Below, in pieces: positions 28,328 through 36,851 of a DNA stretch of 64,000 nt. Positions within the stretch are counted from its first letter, which is position 1. Each line of letters starts with the position of its first letter. The notes under the pieces are model-generated. The model made no database searches and was not told where the DNA came from. It worked only from the letters and a program-made list of their open reading frames with translations. The stretch is from Christensenellaceae bacterium. Its GTDB lineage: Bacteria > Bacillota > Clostridia > Christensenellales > Borkfalkiaceae. The translations under genes and the position numbers were made by a program. The stretch is from contig JAZNSS010000029.1 in assembly GCA_045591355.1 (NCBI GenBank), positions 51,739 to 115,738 of the forward strand. The letters run 5' to 3'.

Positions 28328-28403
28328 AAATAATTTTAGAGAGACCGATAAAATTTTTGCGCAAACTAGAAAACACGCCTATCTTTTGCACGTAAAAATA
28401 ATA

Positions 28404-28490
28404 GCGGACGCGTAAAGATACCGCAGGCTAACGCCTTTCGTTTGCAAACGACATCCCATTTTGCAACACTTGACGCATCTTTACTACTCT
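28404..28490 (-). ncRNA. THF (tetrahydrofolate) riboswitch in the folT leader
   Basis: Minus-strand RNA AGAGUAGUAAAGAUGCGUCAAGUGUUGCAAAAUGGGAUGUCGUUUGCAAACGAAAGGCGUUAGCCUGCGGUAUCUUUACGCGUCCGCU. It aligns block-by-block with the Eubacterium siraeum THF riboswitch as I recall it: AGAGUAG .. GCGUUAAGUG .. AAUGGGAUGUCGU .. ACGAAG .. GCGGU .. GCAUCCGCU. It is preceded by a minus-strand promoter (TTGACT-17-TATTAT, 28527..28499). Confidence 0.7.
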
Positions 28491-28498
28491 ATGGTTAT

Positions 28499-28527
28499 AT
28501 AATAACACCTAACTAATTTTAAGTCAA
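28499..28527 (-). promoter_or_regulatory. promoter driving the THF riboswitch and folT
   Basis: Minus-strand TTGACT at 28527-28522, 17-nt spacer, TATTAT at 28504-28499; predicted TSS at ~28491, i.e. at the riboswitch 5' end. Confidence 0.5.
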
Positions 28528-28569
28528 CTTAATTGAATAAATTTTCGCCATTCTTACCATACTCTTTTT

Positions 28570-29253
28570 ATGGCATTGATATTTATAAGAACGCTTATCA
28601 TATTTTTAGTATTAGTAATAGTGGTAAGGCTAATGGGCAAACGCCAAATAGGTGAAATGCAACCTTTTGAGTTTATAGTAACACTAATAATCGCAGACCT
28701 TGCTTGCGTGCCTATGGCAGACGTTTCCATACCGTTAATTTATGGAATAGTTGCTCTACTTACCTTATTTTTACTTCATCAACTATTAACCCTAATAGAA
28801 CAATGTGGTGGATTTTTCAAAAAGGTCATTTCTGGAAAGCCAAGTGTGGTTATAAATAAAAACGGGGTTGACGTTGTGGAACTTAAACGCAACAATATGG
28901 GTATTGACGACCTTATTGAATCCATGCGTTCGGCAGGTTACTTTGCCCTTGACCAACTAGATTACGCAATTTTTGAATCAAACGGCAAACTTTCGGCAAT
29001 GGAAAAGCCCAACTGCACGCCACCATCTTCTATGCCCGTGCTTATTATTGACGACGGAAAGATTTCGCAAACCAACTGCAAACTTATTTCTAAAAGCAAA
29101 AACGACGTGGTTGAGTTCTTAAAAGGCATTGGGCAACCCCTTAAAAAAACCGAAGTTATGACGGTTGACGGAAACGGCAAAGCCTACCTTAAAAGCAAAA
29201 AGGAAAAATACAAAATAGTCCACTTTCCTTTGGGGGAAGGTGTTAAATGGTAA
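28570..29253 (+). CDS. DUF421 (YetF-family) membrane protein
   Basis: N-terminal TM pair (LIIFLVLVIVVRLMGKRQIGEMQPFEFIVTLIIADLA) typical of the YetF N-terminal domain, plus a C-terminal soluble domain. Confidence 0.65.
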   Translation: MALIFIRTLIIFLVLVIVVRLMGKRQIGEMQPFEFIVTLIIADLACVPMADVSIPLIYGIVALLTLFLLHQLLTLIEQCGGFFKKVISGKPSVVINKNGVDVVELKRNNMGIDDLIESMRSAGYFALDQLDYAIFESNGKLSAMEKPNCTPPSSMPVLIIDDGKISQTNCKLISKSKNDVVEFLKGIGQPLKKTEVMTVDGNGKAYLKSKKEKYKIVHFPLGEGVKW

Positions 29254-29624
29254 AATCGATTATCACTACCGTTTGCGTTGCAATCCTTTTGCTAGTAGGG
29301 GCAATTTTAGAGAGCAACTTTGTTAATAAACAATTTACCGACTTTCATCAAAGCCTAACCGTAGTCTACGACAAAGTAGACGAACACGTTGCCACCCCTG
29401 ACGACGTTTACGCCGTTCAAAAAAATTGGCTGGAAAAGAAAAAATCACTCCATACCATTATTCCCCACACGGAAATTAAGGAAGTTGATTTATGGATAGC
29501 CGAAGCCGTTACCTTGGTCAGAGACAAAGAGTGGGAAGACGCAATCTCTAAAATAGAAGTGCTTATAGAACTATCCGAACAAATTCCCAAAACTTTTACC
29601 TTGTCATTATCTAATATTTTATAG
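29247..29624 (+). CDS. DUF4363-like small membrane-anchored protein, partner of DUF421
   Basis: 125 aa with a single N-terminal TM; overlaps the DUF421 stop by 7 nt. DUF421/DUF4363 pairs are a common arrangement in Firmicutes. Confidence 0.55.
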   Translation: MVKSIITTVCVAILLLVGAILESNFVNKQFTDFHQSLTVVYDKVDEHVATPDDVYAVQKNWLEKKKSLHTIIPHTEIKEVDLWIAEAVTLVRDKEWEDAISKIEVLIELSEQIPKTFTLSLSNIL

Positions 29625-29695
29625 CAAAATTACTATTGACAATAACCGTTTATAATGTTAAAATTCTTAGTAGAATTTTATTTTGGAGAATGATT

Positions 29696-30847
29696 ATGAA
29701 AGGTTTTGTAAACGTAAAAGCATACGTAGAAGATAAAGGCATCGTTTGGACTAATATAGGTATCGAAAACGGCAAAATTGCTTACGTCGGAAACGACGCA
29801 AGCAAAATAACCGAAGCAATACCTTTTAACGGCGACGTAACCCTAGTCCCAGGATTTATTGACGAACATATTCACGGCGCAATGGGCGCAGACGCTATGG
29901 ACGGAACGGTGGAAGCGCTATCAACGATAGCAAAAGCCGTTGCAAGCGAAGGAACTACCGGCTTTTTAGCAACCACTATGACGCAAAGCCCTGAAAATAT
30001 TTCTAAAGCAATGAACGCCGTTAAGGAATATACTTTGGCTAACCCTAGCGAAGGCGCAAAGGTGTTAGGTATTCACCTAGAAGGTCCGTTCATTTCAGTT
30101 AAACATATCGGCGCGCAACCGCTTGAATACGTTGCAACACCAAGTATCGAAGTATTTGACGACTATAACGCAAAGAGTGGCAACGCCATTAAAATAGTTA
30201 GCCTTGCACCAGAAGTTGAAGGCGCTGACGAACTTATTAAACATATGACGGCAAAAGGAATCGTAGCAAGCGCAGGCCATACAGACGCAGGCTATAAAGA
30301 TATTGAAAAGGCAATAGAAAGTGGACTTTCCAACGTAACGCATACGTATAACGCACAAAAAGGCTTGCACCATAGAGACGTTGGCGTGGTTGGTAGTGGA
30401 ATGTTGTTCGATAGTCTTAACTGCGAAGCAATATGCGACCTAGTTCACCTATCTGCCCCAGCAATTAAACTATTAATAAAGAATAAACCACACGATAAGT
30501 TCACACTTATTACCGACAGTATGCGTGCTAAACACCTACCCGACGGCTTGAGCGAACTTGGTGGTCAAGAAGTTATAGTTAAAGACGGCGAAGCAAGACT
30601 TAGAAACGGCGCTTTAGCAGGCAGTATCTTAAAAATGAACGTTGCAATTAAAAACCTAGTGGAAAAATTAGACGTATCGTTTACCGACGCAGTTGACTTT
30701 GCAACCATAAACCCTGCAAAGAACCTTAAAATAGACGATAAAGTTGGTTCAATAAAGGTTGGTAAGAATGCAGACGTTACCTTACTTGATAAAGACTTCA
30801 ACGTAATGCTAACGATAAGAGACGGCAACGTGATTTATAGTAAGTAA
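29696..30847 (+). CDS. nagA: N-acetylglucosamine-6-phosphate deacetylase
   Basis: Metal-binding motif FIDEHIHGAMGADAMDG and the amidohydrolase fold. Start at 29696 has a GGAG RBS; the ORF-track start at 29636 is a TTG. Confidence 0.85.
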   Translation: MKGFVNVKAYVEDKGIVWTNIGIENGKIAYVGNDASKITEAIPFNGDVTLVPGFIDEHIHGAMGADAMDGTVEALSTIAKAVASEGTTGFLATTMTQSPENISKAMNAVKEYTLANPSEGAKVLGIHLEGPFISVKHIGAQPLEYVATPSIEVFDDYNAKSGNAIKIVSLAPEVEGADELIKHMTAKGIVASAGHTDAGYKDIEKAIESGLSNVTHTYNAQKGLHHRDVGVVGSGMLFDSLNCEAICDLVHLSAPAIKLLIKNKPHDKFTLITDSMRAKHLPDGLSELGGQEVIVKDGEARLRNGALAGSILKMNVAIKNLVEKLDVSFTDAVDFATINPAKNLKIDDKVGSIKVGKNADVTLLDKDFNVMLTIRDGNVIYSK

Positions 30848-30865
30848 TAATCAAATATAACAAAC

Positions 30866-30896
30866 AAAAAAGCACCTTTTGTAAGGTGCTTTTTTC
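30866..30896. terminator. bidirectional terminator (AGCACCTT-TTGT-AAGGTGCT + T-run)
   Basis: Read directly; separates nagA from the convergent SPFH operon. Confidence 0.7.
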
Positions 30897-30901
30897 TTTA
30901 A

Positions 30902-31396
30902 TTAATATCTTGAAATTTTCATTGTGAAACTCGAATATATTGGTCTAACCCTTATCTTATACGTTGTGTATGCATCTAAGGACACTATATATGCATTATC
31001 ATAATTATATTGTGAATAATAAGAATTTGATATTGAATAACCATATTTGTCAACGACACGAATACCACTTTCAGTATTATTTAAATATATAATATAATCA
31101 CCATAACTAGTTGGAGTAAAATATACGTATGTATAATCTTCGCCTGAATCACTAAAATTGCTTATTTCATCAACATATATTGTATAAGGATTATATTCTG
31201 TTCCTACGTTAGGCGTATAGTAATGGTTACCAACCCTTCTTGGGATTGCAAATATGCAACCCAGAACAATAAATAGTGTTGTTACACATGCCGTAATTAT
31301 TAATAAAATCACGCCTAGTTTATCTAATATAGGCTTTTTTACGCTTTCACTAGTTTGAACTTGATTCGTCTGTGGAACTTGATTTATTTGCGTCAT
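30902..31396 (-). CDS. single-pass membrane protein with a Tyr/Ser/Asn-rich extracytoplasmic beta-domain, last gene of the SPFH operon
   Basis: N-terminal 25 aa, one TM (LGVILLIITACVTTLFIVLGCIFAI), then a 115-aa beta-rich domain. AAGGAG RBS present. Overlaps the SPFH gene by 47 nt. Confidence 0.5.
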   Translation of the reverse strand: MTQINQVPQTNQVQTSESVKKPILDKLGVILLIITACVTTLFIVLGCIFAIPRRVGNHYYTPNVGTEYNPYTIYVDEISNFSDSGEDYTYVYFTPTSYGDYIIYLNNTESGIRVVDKYGYSISNSYYSQYNYDNAYIVSLDAYTTYKIRVRPIYSSFTMKISRY

Positions 31397-32651
31397 AATT
31401 CAATTCTCCTTCTTTTATTTCTATTTCTTGATTTTTGAACTTATCATGCTTAAATGCTGCAAGACAACCAAAGATTGTATTTACTGCTGCCAAGCAGAAG
31501 AATCCTACTGCTAAGTTGAATGCAAGAATGAAGGTTGACAATACGGCAGAGATAATAAGCATGGTAATGAATACGGTTTTGAAAGTGTTCTTTTTAGCCT
31601 TAATTTCTGGGACGATATCGTCTTTCTTCTTTAGTTCGTCGTCAGTCTTTTGAAGTTCTTGTTTTAGATTGATAGTGTGGTCAAGTTCTTCAGTCTTCAT
31701 TCTACCTTGTTTAATCAAATAACGTTTGAGCGCAAGGTCTTTTTCATACTCTGTCAATGCTGGCGTAGAATTTGGATATTTATCTTCTACTGCAAGTTTT
31801 TGCTCATAGATTTCCAACGACTTTTTAGCAAACTCTGAATCTGCTTCTATATCTGCTCTGCGTTGACGAATTTGGAAAGCCAAATCTTCAATTTTCTTTT
31901 GCAAATCGTCTGGAATTGCTATCTTTTTAATAACAAAGTTGCATACTTCTATGCCATAAGCCTTAAATACGTCGTTTAACTCTTTCTTGAAATCCTTTTC
32001 AATTTCTTGCAAATTAGCACATAAAGCGTAAAAACTAACCTTTTGCTTGTTTATGTAAGCATTAAAGAATGTTTTGAACATAGTAACTATTGTTTCGTCA
32101 AACATTCCAATTATCTTGTTTTCGCCAAGTTCTTTAACGTCGGTGTCAAGTTTATTGATTAATGTTACGGCATTGTTTAACTTTAGTGATGCTTTTATGC
32201 TTACCCTAACAGAGATTGGAATTTGAAAATCACTATCAAAATAATAGAATTGGTCATCTTGTGGAGTTGTATGAGAATAGTTAAATACTATTTTTTCATC
32301 TAAACTGCCAACGATAGAAAAGCCTTGTTGTTTGTTTTCGCCGTGATAGTCCCTTCTTCTCTTTTCAATGTCCTTTTTTAATCTGTGCTTTAAGAACATT
32401 TGGGCTAGAGTATCGGTATATTGCGATTTCTCTAAATAAATGAAAAGTTCTTTGTTTTCATTTATAGCAAAATTTAGAAAATGTTCTGAGTTTGACGCTT
32501 TTACTTTAGTTAAAATGGCAGGACGAGTTTGAAGCGCTTGCAAAAATGCCGTTCTTTGATTTAATTTTGCAAGATTCAAATCGTTTACGTCAACCTGTTC
32601 TAGTATTAGGTCTTGAACTAATACTTCTGTGGATAGTTTGTCAATGTTCAT
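31350..32651 (-). CDS. SPFH/Band-7-like domain protein with a C-terminal coiled coil and TM hairpin
   Basis: The central region GIEVCNFVIKKIAIPDDLQKKIEDLAFQIRQRRADIEADSEFAKK follows the SPFH consensus GIEV..V.I.DI..P..V..AM...AER..RA.I..AEGE. It is followed by a long charged helical segment and two hydrophobic helices near the C-terminus. There is no N-terminal TM. Confidence 0.5.
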   Translation of the reverse strand: MNIDKLSTEVLVQDLILEQVDVNDLNLAKLNQRTAFLQALQTRPAILTKVKASNSEHFLNFAINENKELFIYLEKSQYTDTLAQMFLKHRLKKDIEKRRRDYHGENKQQGFSIVGSLDEKIVFNYSHTTPQDDQFYYFDSDFQIPISVRVSIKASLKLNNAVTLINKLDTDVKELGENKIIGMFDETIVTMFKTFFNAYINKQKVSFYALCANLQEIEKDFKKELNDVFKAYGIEVCNFVIKKIAIPDDLQKKIEDLAFQIRQRRADIEADSEFAKKSLEIYEQKLAVEDKYPNSTPALTEYEKDLALKRYLIKQGRMKTEELDHTINLKQELQKTDDELKKKDDIVPEIKAKKNTFKTVFITMLIISAVLSTFILAFNLAVGFFCLAAVNTIFGCLAAFKHDKFKNQEIEIKEGELNYDANKSSSTDESSSN

Positions 32652-32668
32652 TTGAATTTTTCTCCTAT

Positions 32669-32851
32669 TTAAATTAAGTAGTTGCTACACTTTTCGCAAA
32701 GTGCCGTATACTTTGGGTTAGCATGCCCACATACGTCGCATACAATTTTTTCCGTCTCTTTGTTTGGCATTACTTTTACAACTTGCACAACGTTTTCTTC
32801 ATTTGATTCAGTTGCTTGATTGCCAACGGCATTGCCTGTTTGAACCTTCAT
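32669..32851 (-). CDS. 60-aa zinc-ribbon mini-protein, first gene of the SPFH operon
   Basis: C-terminal CDVCGHANPKYTALCEKCSNY (CxxC..CxxC). Start taken at MKVQTG (ATG at 32851), which has an AAAGGAG RBS; the ORF-track start at 32893 is 14 codons upstream. Confidence 0.5.
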   Translation of the reverse strand: MKVQTGNAVGNQATESNEENVVQVVKVMPNKETEKIVCDVCGHANPKYTALCEKCSNYLI

Positions 32852-32954
32852 ATTTCTCCTTTTTAGAATATAAGATTTTCTATATATAATCACTTTACAC
32901 CACTTTATGATGTATTGTCAAATATTTTACATCACTTTGTGGTAAATTAATAAT

Positions 32955-33161
32955 ATGGAAATCGCAAAGATTGTGGGTAGAAACCTTAAACAGGCACGTA
33001 AAGACTGTGGGCTTACTCAAAAAGAAGTTGCAAAAAAAATGATTATGACACAACAACAATATAGTCGTTTCGAAAACGGTGTGTTTGAATTAAACTACAG
33101 CCAGATTTTATCTCTTTGCAAACTATTTGATATCACACCTGACGATTTATTTACAATTTAA
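32955..33161 (+). CDS. XRE-family HTH regulator, 68 aa, divergent from the SPFH operon
   Basis: HTH_XRE sequence (CGLTQKEVAKKMIMTQQQYSRFENG) and C-terminal TPDDLFTI; same type as the gene at 1075. Confidence 0.8.
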   Translation: MEIAKIVGRNLKQARKDCGLTQKEVAKKMIMTQQQYSRFENGVFELNYSQILSLCKLFDITPDDLFTI

Positions 33162-33193
33162 TAAGGCTCGCTATTAAGCGAGCCTTCTTTTTT
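33162..33193. terminator. bidirectional terminator (AGGCTCGCT-ATTA-AGCGAGCCT + T-run)
   Basis: Read directly. Confidence 0.75.
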
Positions 33194-33199
33194 CAAAAA

Positions 33200-33814
33200 T
33201 TATTTTTCTATTTCGTTTGGGCTGGAATGTTTAGAAAATTCACATCCACAATAGTTTTGCCTATATAAGCCGTATTCTCTTGATAGTTCTATCGAACGCA
33301 AGTATCCACCCTTTTTCTTAAAGTCAGACGGTAAAAATTTTACCCCTATCTTTTGCGACAAAGCACCACCTATTTCGTTTAAGCGTTGCGCGTCTTTTAG
33401 TGGGCTAATGGTTAAGGTTGTGGTTATATACTCGTATCCATTTTGCTTTGCGAACTCCGTCGCCTTTTTCAAGCGAAGCGCATAGCAAACCGAACACCTT
33501 TTTCCACCTTCTTTTTCTTCTTCTAGCCACTTAACGACAGAATAGAATTCCTTTGAGTTATAATCTTCTACGATACAATCTACCCCAAAATCGTCGCAAA
33601 ATCTTTGAAGTTCACGGGCACGTTTATGATATTCTTCTACCCCGTCGATATTTGGATTGTAAAAATAAACGGTAAGCGCAAAATAGTCTTTTAATCGTTC
33701 AATGCAAGCCGAAGCACAAGGCGCGCAACAAGCGTGCAACAAAAGAGTTGGTTTTGCCCCTTGTTTTTTTATTTCTTGTAAAGTTTTTTCCATCAAGCGA
33801 TTATAGTTTTCCAT
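33200..33814 (-). CDS. queH: epoxyqueuosine reductase QueH (DUF208)
   Basis: Cys pattern LLHACCAPC .. CSVCY .. CGCEFS characteristic of QueH; 204 aa. Confidence 0.8.
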   Translation of the reverse strand: MENYNRLMEKTLQEIKKQGAKPTLLLHACCAPCASACIERLKDYFALTVYFYNPNIDGVEEYHKRARELQRFCDDFGVDCIVEDYNSKEFYSVVKWLEEEKEGGKRCSVCYALRLKKATEFAKQNGYEYITTTLTISPLKDAQRLNEIGGALSQKIGVKFLPSDFKKKGGYLRSIELSREYGLYRQNYCGCEFSKHSSPNEIEK

Positions 33815-34512
33815 TATATTTCCTTTTTAGTAACACTTCCGTCAACGTTAGTAAGTTTATAAGCCTTTCCACCCGACGTAATACTTTTACTAAACTTACC
33901 GTTAACAAACTCGATTGCGCCGTCGTTTTCAATGGCGTAAGCCCATTCGATATTGTTCTTTACCATATTTTTAGTAAAGTCGGCTTCCCTTTCGTTAAAG
34001 TGTGGGCAAGCCGTTCCATCAAGTATGCCAAGCCCTTTCTTTAGGGTGTATTCCGAACTCTCCCCACGCATTATTTGGTAGTCGGTATACATATCCTTAA
34101 ACCAACATATAGCGCCGGCCGAAAGCCCACAGATAATCTTGCCTTGCTCGTAAGCCTTGATAAGCATTTTATCTAGGCCTACTTCATGCCATTTTTCTAG
34201 CATATACACGGTATCGCCACCACCGACATAAATGCAGTCTGCATTATCGATTTTGCCTTGAATTTTTTGCATATCCATTTCGCCGTAAACGATAAGCGCC
34301 ACTTCTGCCTTAATATCAAAAACCGAAGTATAAGTCTTTCTAAAACTATTAAAATAAGGCATACTATCGTGCGAAGCCGTGCCGATAAACAATGCGTTTG
34401 CACGTTTTTCTCCTGCATGCGCTTTTGCAAGATTTGCTATATACCTATCAATCTCTAGAGTGGTTTTATTTTTAATTTCACCACCACCGATTGCAATAAT
34501 TATTTTATCCAT
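33814..34512 (-). CDS. S51-family peptidase (dipeptidase E-like)
   Basis: 232 aa; N-terminus IIIAIGGGEI and the region GLSAGAICW containing the catalytic-Ser context resemble PepE/cyanophycinase-type S51 peptidases. Confidence 0.6.
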   Translation of the reverse strand: MDKIIIAIGGGEIKNKTTLEIDRYIANLAKAHAGEKRANALFIGTASHDSMPYFNSFRKTYTSVFDIKAEVALIVYGEMDMQKIQGKIDNADCIYVGGGDTVYMLEKWHEVGLDKMLIKAYEQGKIICGLSAGAICWFKDMYTDYQIMRGESSEYTLKKGLGILDGTACPHFNEREADFTKNMVKNNIEWAYAIENDGAIEFVNGKFSKSITSGGKAYKLTNVDGSVTKKEI

Positions 34513-34542
34513 AGTTCCCCTAAAAAAAGGTTAGACAGCAGT

Positions 34543-35238
34543 CTAACCTTCAATTATCTTTTTGGCATTTAGTATAAAAACTGCGTCAGCGTAATTTATG
34601 CCGTATTTACTTTTAACGTATTTATATGCTTTTTGCATATAATTTTCTCTATTAGAATGGATATCGCTTGCAACAAAGTCCACAAGACCTGCTTTTAAAA
34701 ACCTTTTAACACGCTTTTTATCCGTTCTAAAATCATTGCAAAACAATGCGCTAGCGTTAACTTGGATAAGCCCACCAAGTTCTTTTATTTCCAACACGTC
34801 TTGCTCGGTTATGTAAGGAAACCTTTCCACGTGCGCCACGATAGGAATATATCCTATACGTGTAAGTTCATATACGGCTTCGGTAATTTCACATTCCACG
34901 TAGTCGGGTTCAAGTAATATATACTTGCTACCGTTTAAGGTTAAATGCTCGCCGTTCTGAAGTTTTTCTTTTATATGCTTATTGATAAAAATTTCTTGCC
35001 CAAGATATAGGTTTACCTTAATGCCGTTTTCCGTAACGATTTTAACAAACTCGTCAAAACTATTTTTAAGACTTTCTGCCGTTTCGTTATAATGCGCACG
35101 GCAATGTGGGGTTAAAATAACGTCGGTAACACCCTGCAAAACACTTTCCTTTAGCATTTGCAAGGATTTTTCAATCATTGCGCTACCATCGTCAACAAAG
35201 GGTAGAACGTGGGTATGAATATCTATCAAAAGTCCCAC
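34543..35238 (-). CDS. PHP-domain protein-tyrosine phosphatase (CpsB/YwqE type)
   Basis: N-terminus DIHTHVLPFVDDG is typical of Mn-dependent CpsB phosphatases; 231 aa. Confidence 0.8.
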   Translation of the reverse strand: MGLLIDIHTHVLPFVDDGSAMIEKSLQMLKESVLQGVTDVILTPHCRAHYNETAESLKNSFDEFVKIVTENGIKVNLYLGQEIFINKHIKEKLQNGEHLTLNGSKYILLEPDYVECEITEAVYELTRIGYIPIVAHVERFPYITEQDVLEIKELGGLIQVNASALFCNDFRTDKKRVKRFLKAGLVDFVASDIHSNRENYMQKAYKYVKSKYGINYADAVFILNAKKIIEG

Positions 35239-35243
35239 TCCCC

Positions 35244-35939
35244 TTAACCGTAGTAATAGTAACTATAATCCCTCTCTTTTCTGTTATACATAGATATAAC
35301 CGTTCCAAGAAGTTTTGCGTTGTTCTTTTTTAATTCCTTAATGGCTTCAACAACTTGCGTTTTCGTGGTAGAAGCGTATGCAACAAGGAATATAACGCCG
35401 TCGGTTACTTTAGAAATATGAATATAATCGGAAACGTGTAAAACAGGCGCGCAGTCAACGATAACGTAATCGTATTGTTCCCTTAAATACGCCATAAGTT
35501 CTTTAAACTTTTCAGAAACAAGCACAAGCGACGAATTGTAAATTTCAGCGCCCCTTGTAATAACGTCAACGTTCTTATATTCGCTATGTTTAATGATATC
35601 GTCTCTACCGAGTTCACCAAGGAAGTATTCGGCAAGACCGTTATCCTTACTGATTTCAAAAACCCTATGAACTCTTGGACGACGGAAGTCTAGGTCTATA
35701 ACGCAAACCTTTTTATCGGTAAGCCCTAAACTTACGGCAAGGTTACAAGCGATTGTGGTTTTGCCTTCCTTTGCAGAAGCCGATTCCACTTGAATAACCT
35801 TGGTTTTGCCGTCGGCGTTCATATAGAGCAAATTATCCTTTAGACGGTTATAACCTTCTAAGCCTTTGGTTTTACCACCGTCGGCAACGATAATTCTGCT
35901 TTGCTCTGTTCTTTTCTTTTTCTTTTTAAATAATCCCAT
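35244..35939 (-). CDS. BY-kinase cytoplasmic catalytic subunit (CpsD/YwqD type)
   Basis: Walker A ESASAKEGKTTIACNLAVSLG and Walker A' VIDLDFRRP. Start taken at MGLFKKKK (35939), which has a GGGG RBS. Confidence 0.8.
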   Translation of the reverse strand: MGLFKKKKKRTEQSRIIVADGGKTKGLEGYNRLKDNLLYMNADGKTKVIQVESASAKEGKTTIACNLAVSLGLTDKKVCVIDLDFRRPRVHRVFEISKDNGLAEYFLGELGRDDIIKHSEYKNVDVITRGAEIYNSSLVLVSEKFKELMAYLREQYDYVIVDCAPVLHVSDYIHISKVTDGVIFLVAYASTTKTQVVEAIKELKKNNAKLLGTVISMYNRKERDYSYYYYG

Positions 35940-36056
35940 AATACCCCTAACCCCTATCTGAGTTATTATTAAATAATTATACAATAAAAACTTTATAAAA
36001 TCAATAGGAATTTTACTTTTTTAGGTTAAATTACCAATTTCTAATACAAAACCCTA

Positions 36057-36767
36057 TTATACGCCGTATTTAGACATTATTTTAAGCAAGGAAGAAAGTC
36101 CGTCGTTTATTTTGTTTTTAAGGTCGGGGAATTCTTCGCCAAGTTCTGCCCGTTCAATGGTTATTTGCAGTTCGTTTACTTGTTTTTTATCCGACGGTGT
36201 TAACGGAAAGTAATTAAGCCGTTCAATAACGTTTTTCACGTGCGTAAAGTCGGGGGTATCTGGGGACGACGGTTTTTCTACTTGCGTTACTGTCTTTAAT
36301 ATTTGTTTTGCAACGTTGTTTTTGGGGAGATTGTTCACGCAATCAACGTCGTCTTTTTTATAAGTTATGCTATCTTCTTGTTGAGAAAAGGCATTGTCAA
36401 AATCCATTTTGCTATTTTTTACTTGTTGATCTATGTATCTAGCAAGTTCTAACTGCTCCTTGCTAGCCTTTTTTTGTTTTTTAGTTACTATAAAGGTAAA
36501 CGGAAACAAGGTTATACCTGCGCCAAACGTGATAATCACGAACCCTATTTGCCCGTATATTACTTCGTAGCCTAAATGCAATAAGCATACGCCCAACCAA
36601 AAGGGGATAAAAAATAACCTTTTTTTATTTGAGTATTCCACCTTAAACAGACTTACTAGAAAACTGACTAATACATATAAAAGCATTAGCCCGACTGCAA
36701 AGGTAGTTAATATTAGCGAAGATAGGTCGTTAAAAAAATTTTCCAATAAAAAACAAAGCTTTTCCAC
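36057..36767 (-). CDS. hypothetical membrane protein (three N-terminal TM helices plus a 140-aa soluble tail) occupying the position of the BY-kinase transmembrane activator
   Basis: The gene order membrane-protein / kinase / phosphatase mirrors ywqC-ywqD-ywqE, but the sequence lacks the Wzz two-TM-plus-large-loop architecture. Confidence 0.4.
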   Translation of the reverse strand: MEKLCFLLENFFNDLSSLILTTFAVGLMLLYVLVSFLVSLFKVEYSNKKRLFFIPFWLGVCLLHLGYEVIYGQIGFVIITFGAGITLFPFTFIVTKKQKKASKEQLELARYIDQQVKNSKMDFDNAFSQQEDSITYKKDDVDCVNNLPKNNVAKQILKTVTQVEKPSSPDTPDFTHVKNVIERLNYFPLTPSDKKQVNELQITIERAELGEEFPDLKNKINDGLSSLLKIMSKYGV

Positions 36768-36851
36768 AAATTTTACCTCTAAAAAATAATAAAAGATAAA
36801 AGTATAAGAAAAGCCGTTTTATTTGTCGTTTTTTAACTATTTTTAACCCTT

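Noticed and set aside
33815-34542. preQ1 riboswitch upstream of queH.
   Set aside because: queH overlaps the upstream pepE-like gene by one nucleotide and there is no leader. No preQ1-like hairpin with an A-rich tail was seen.
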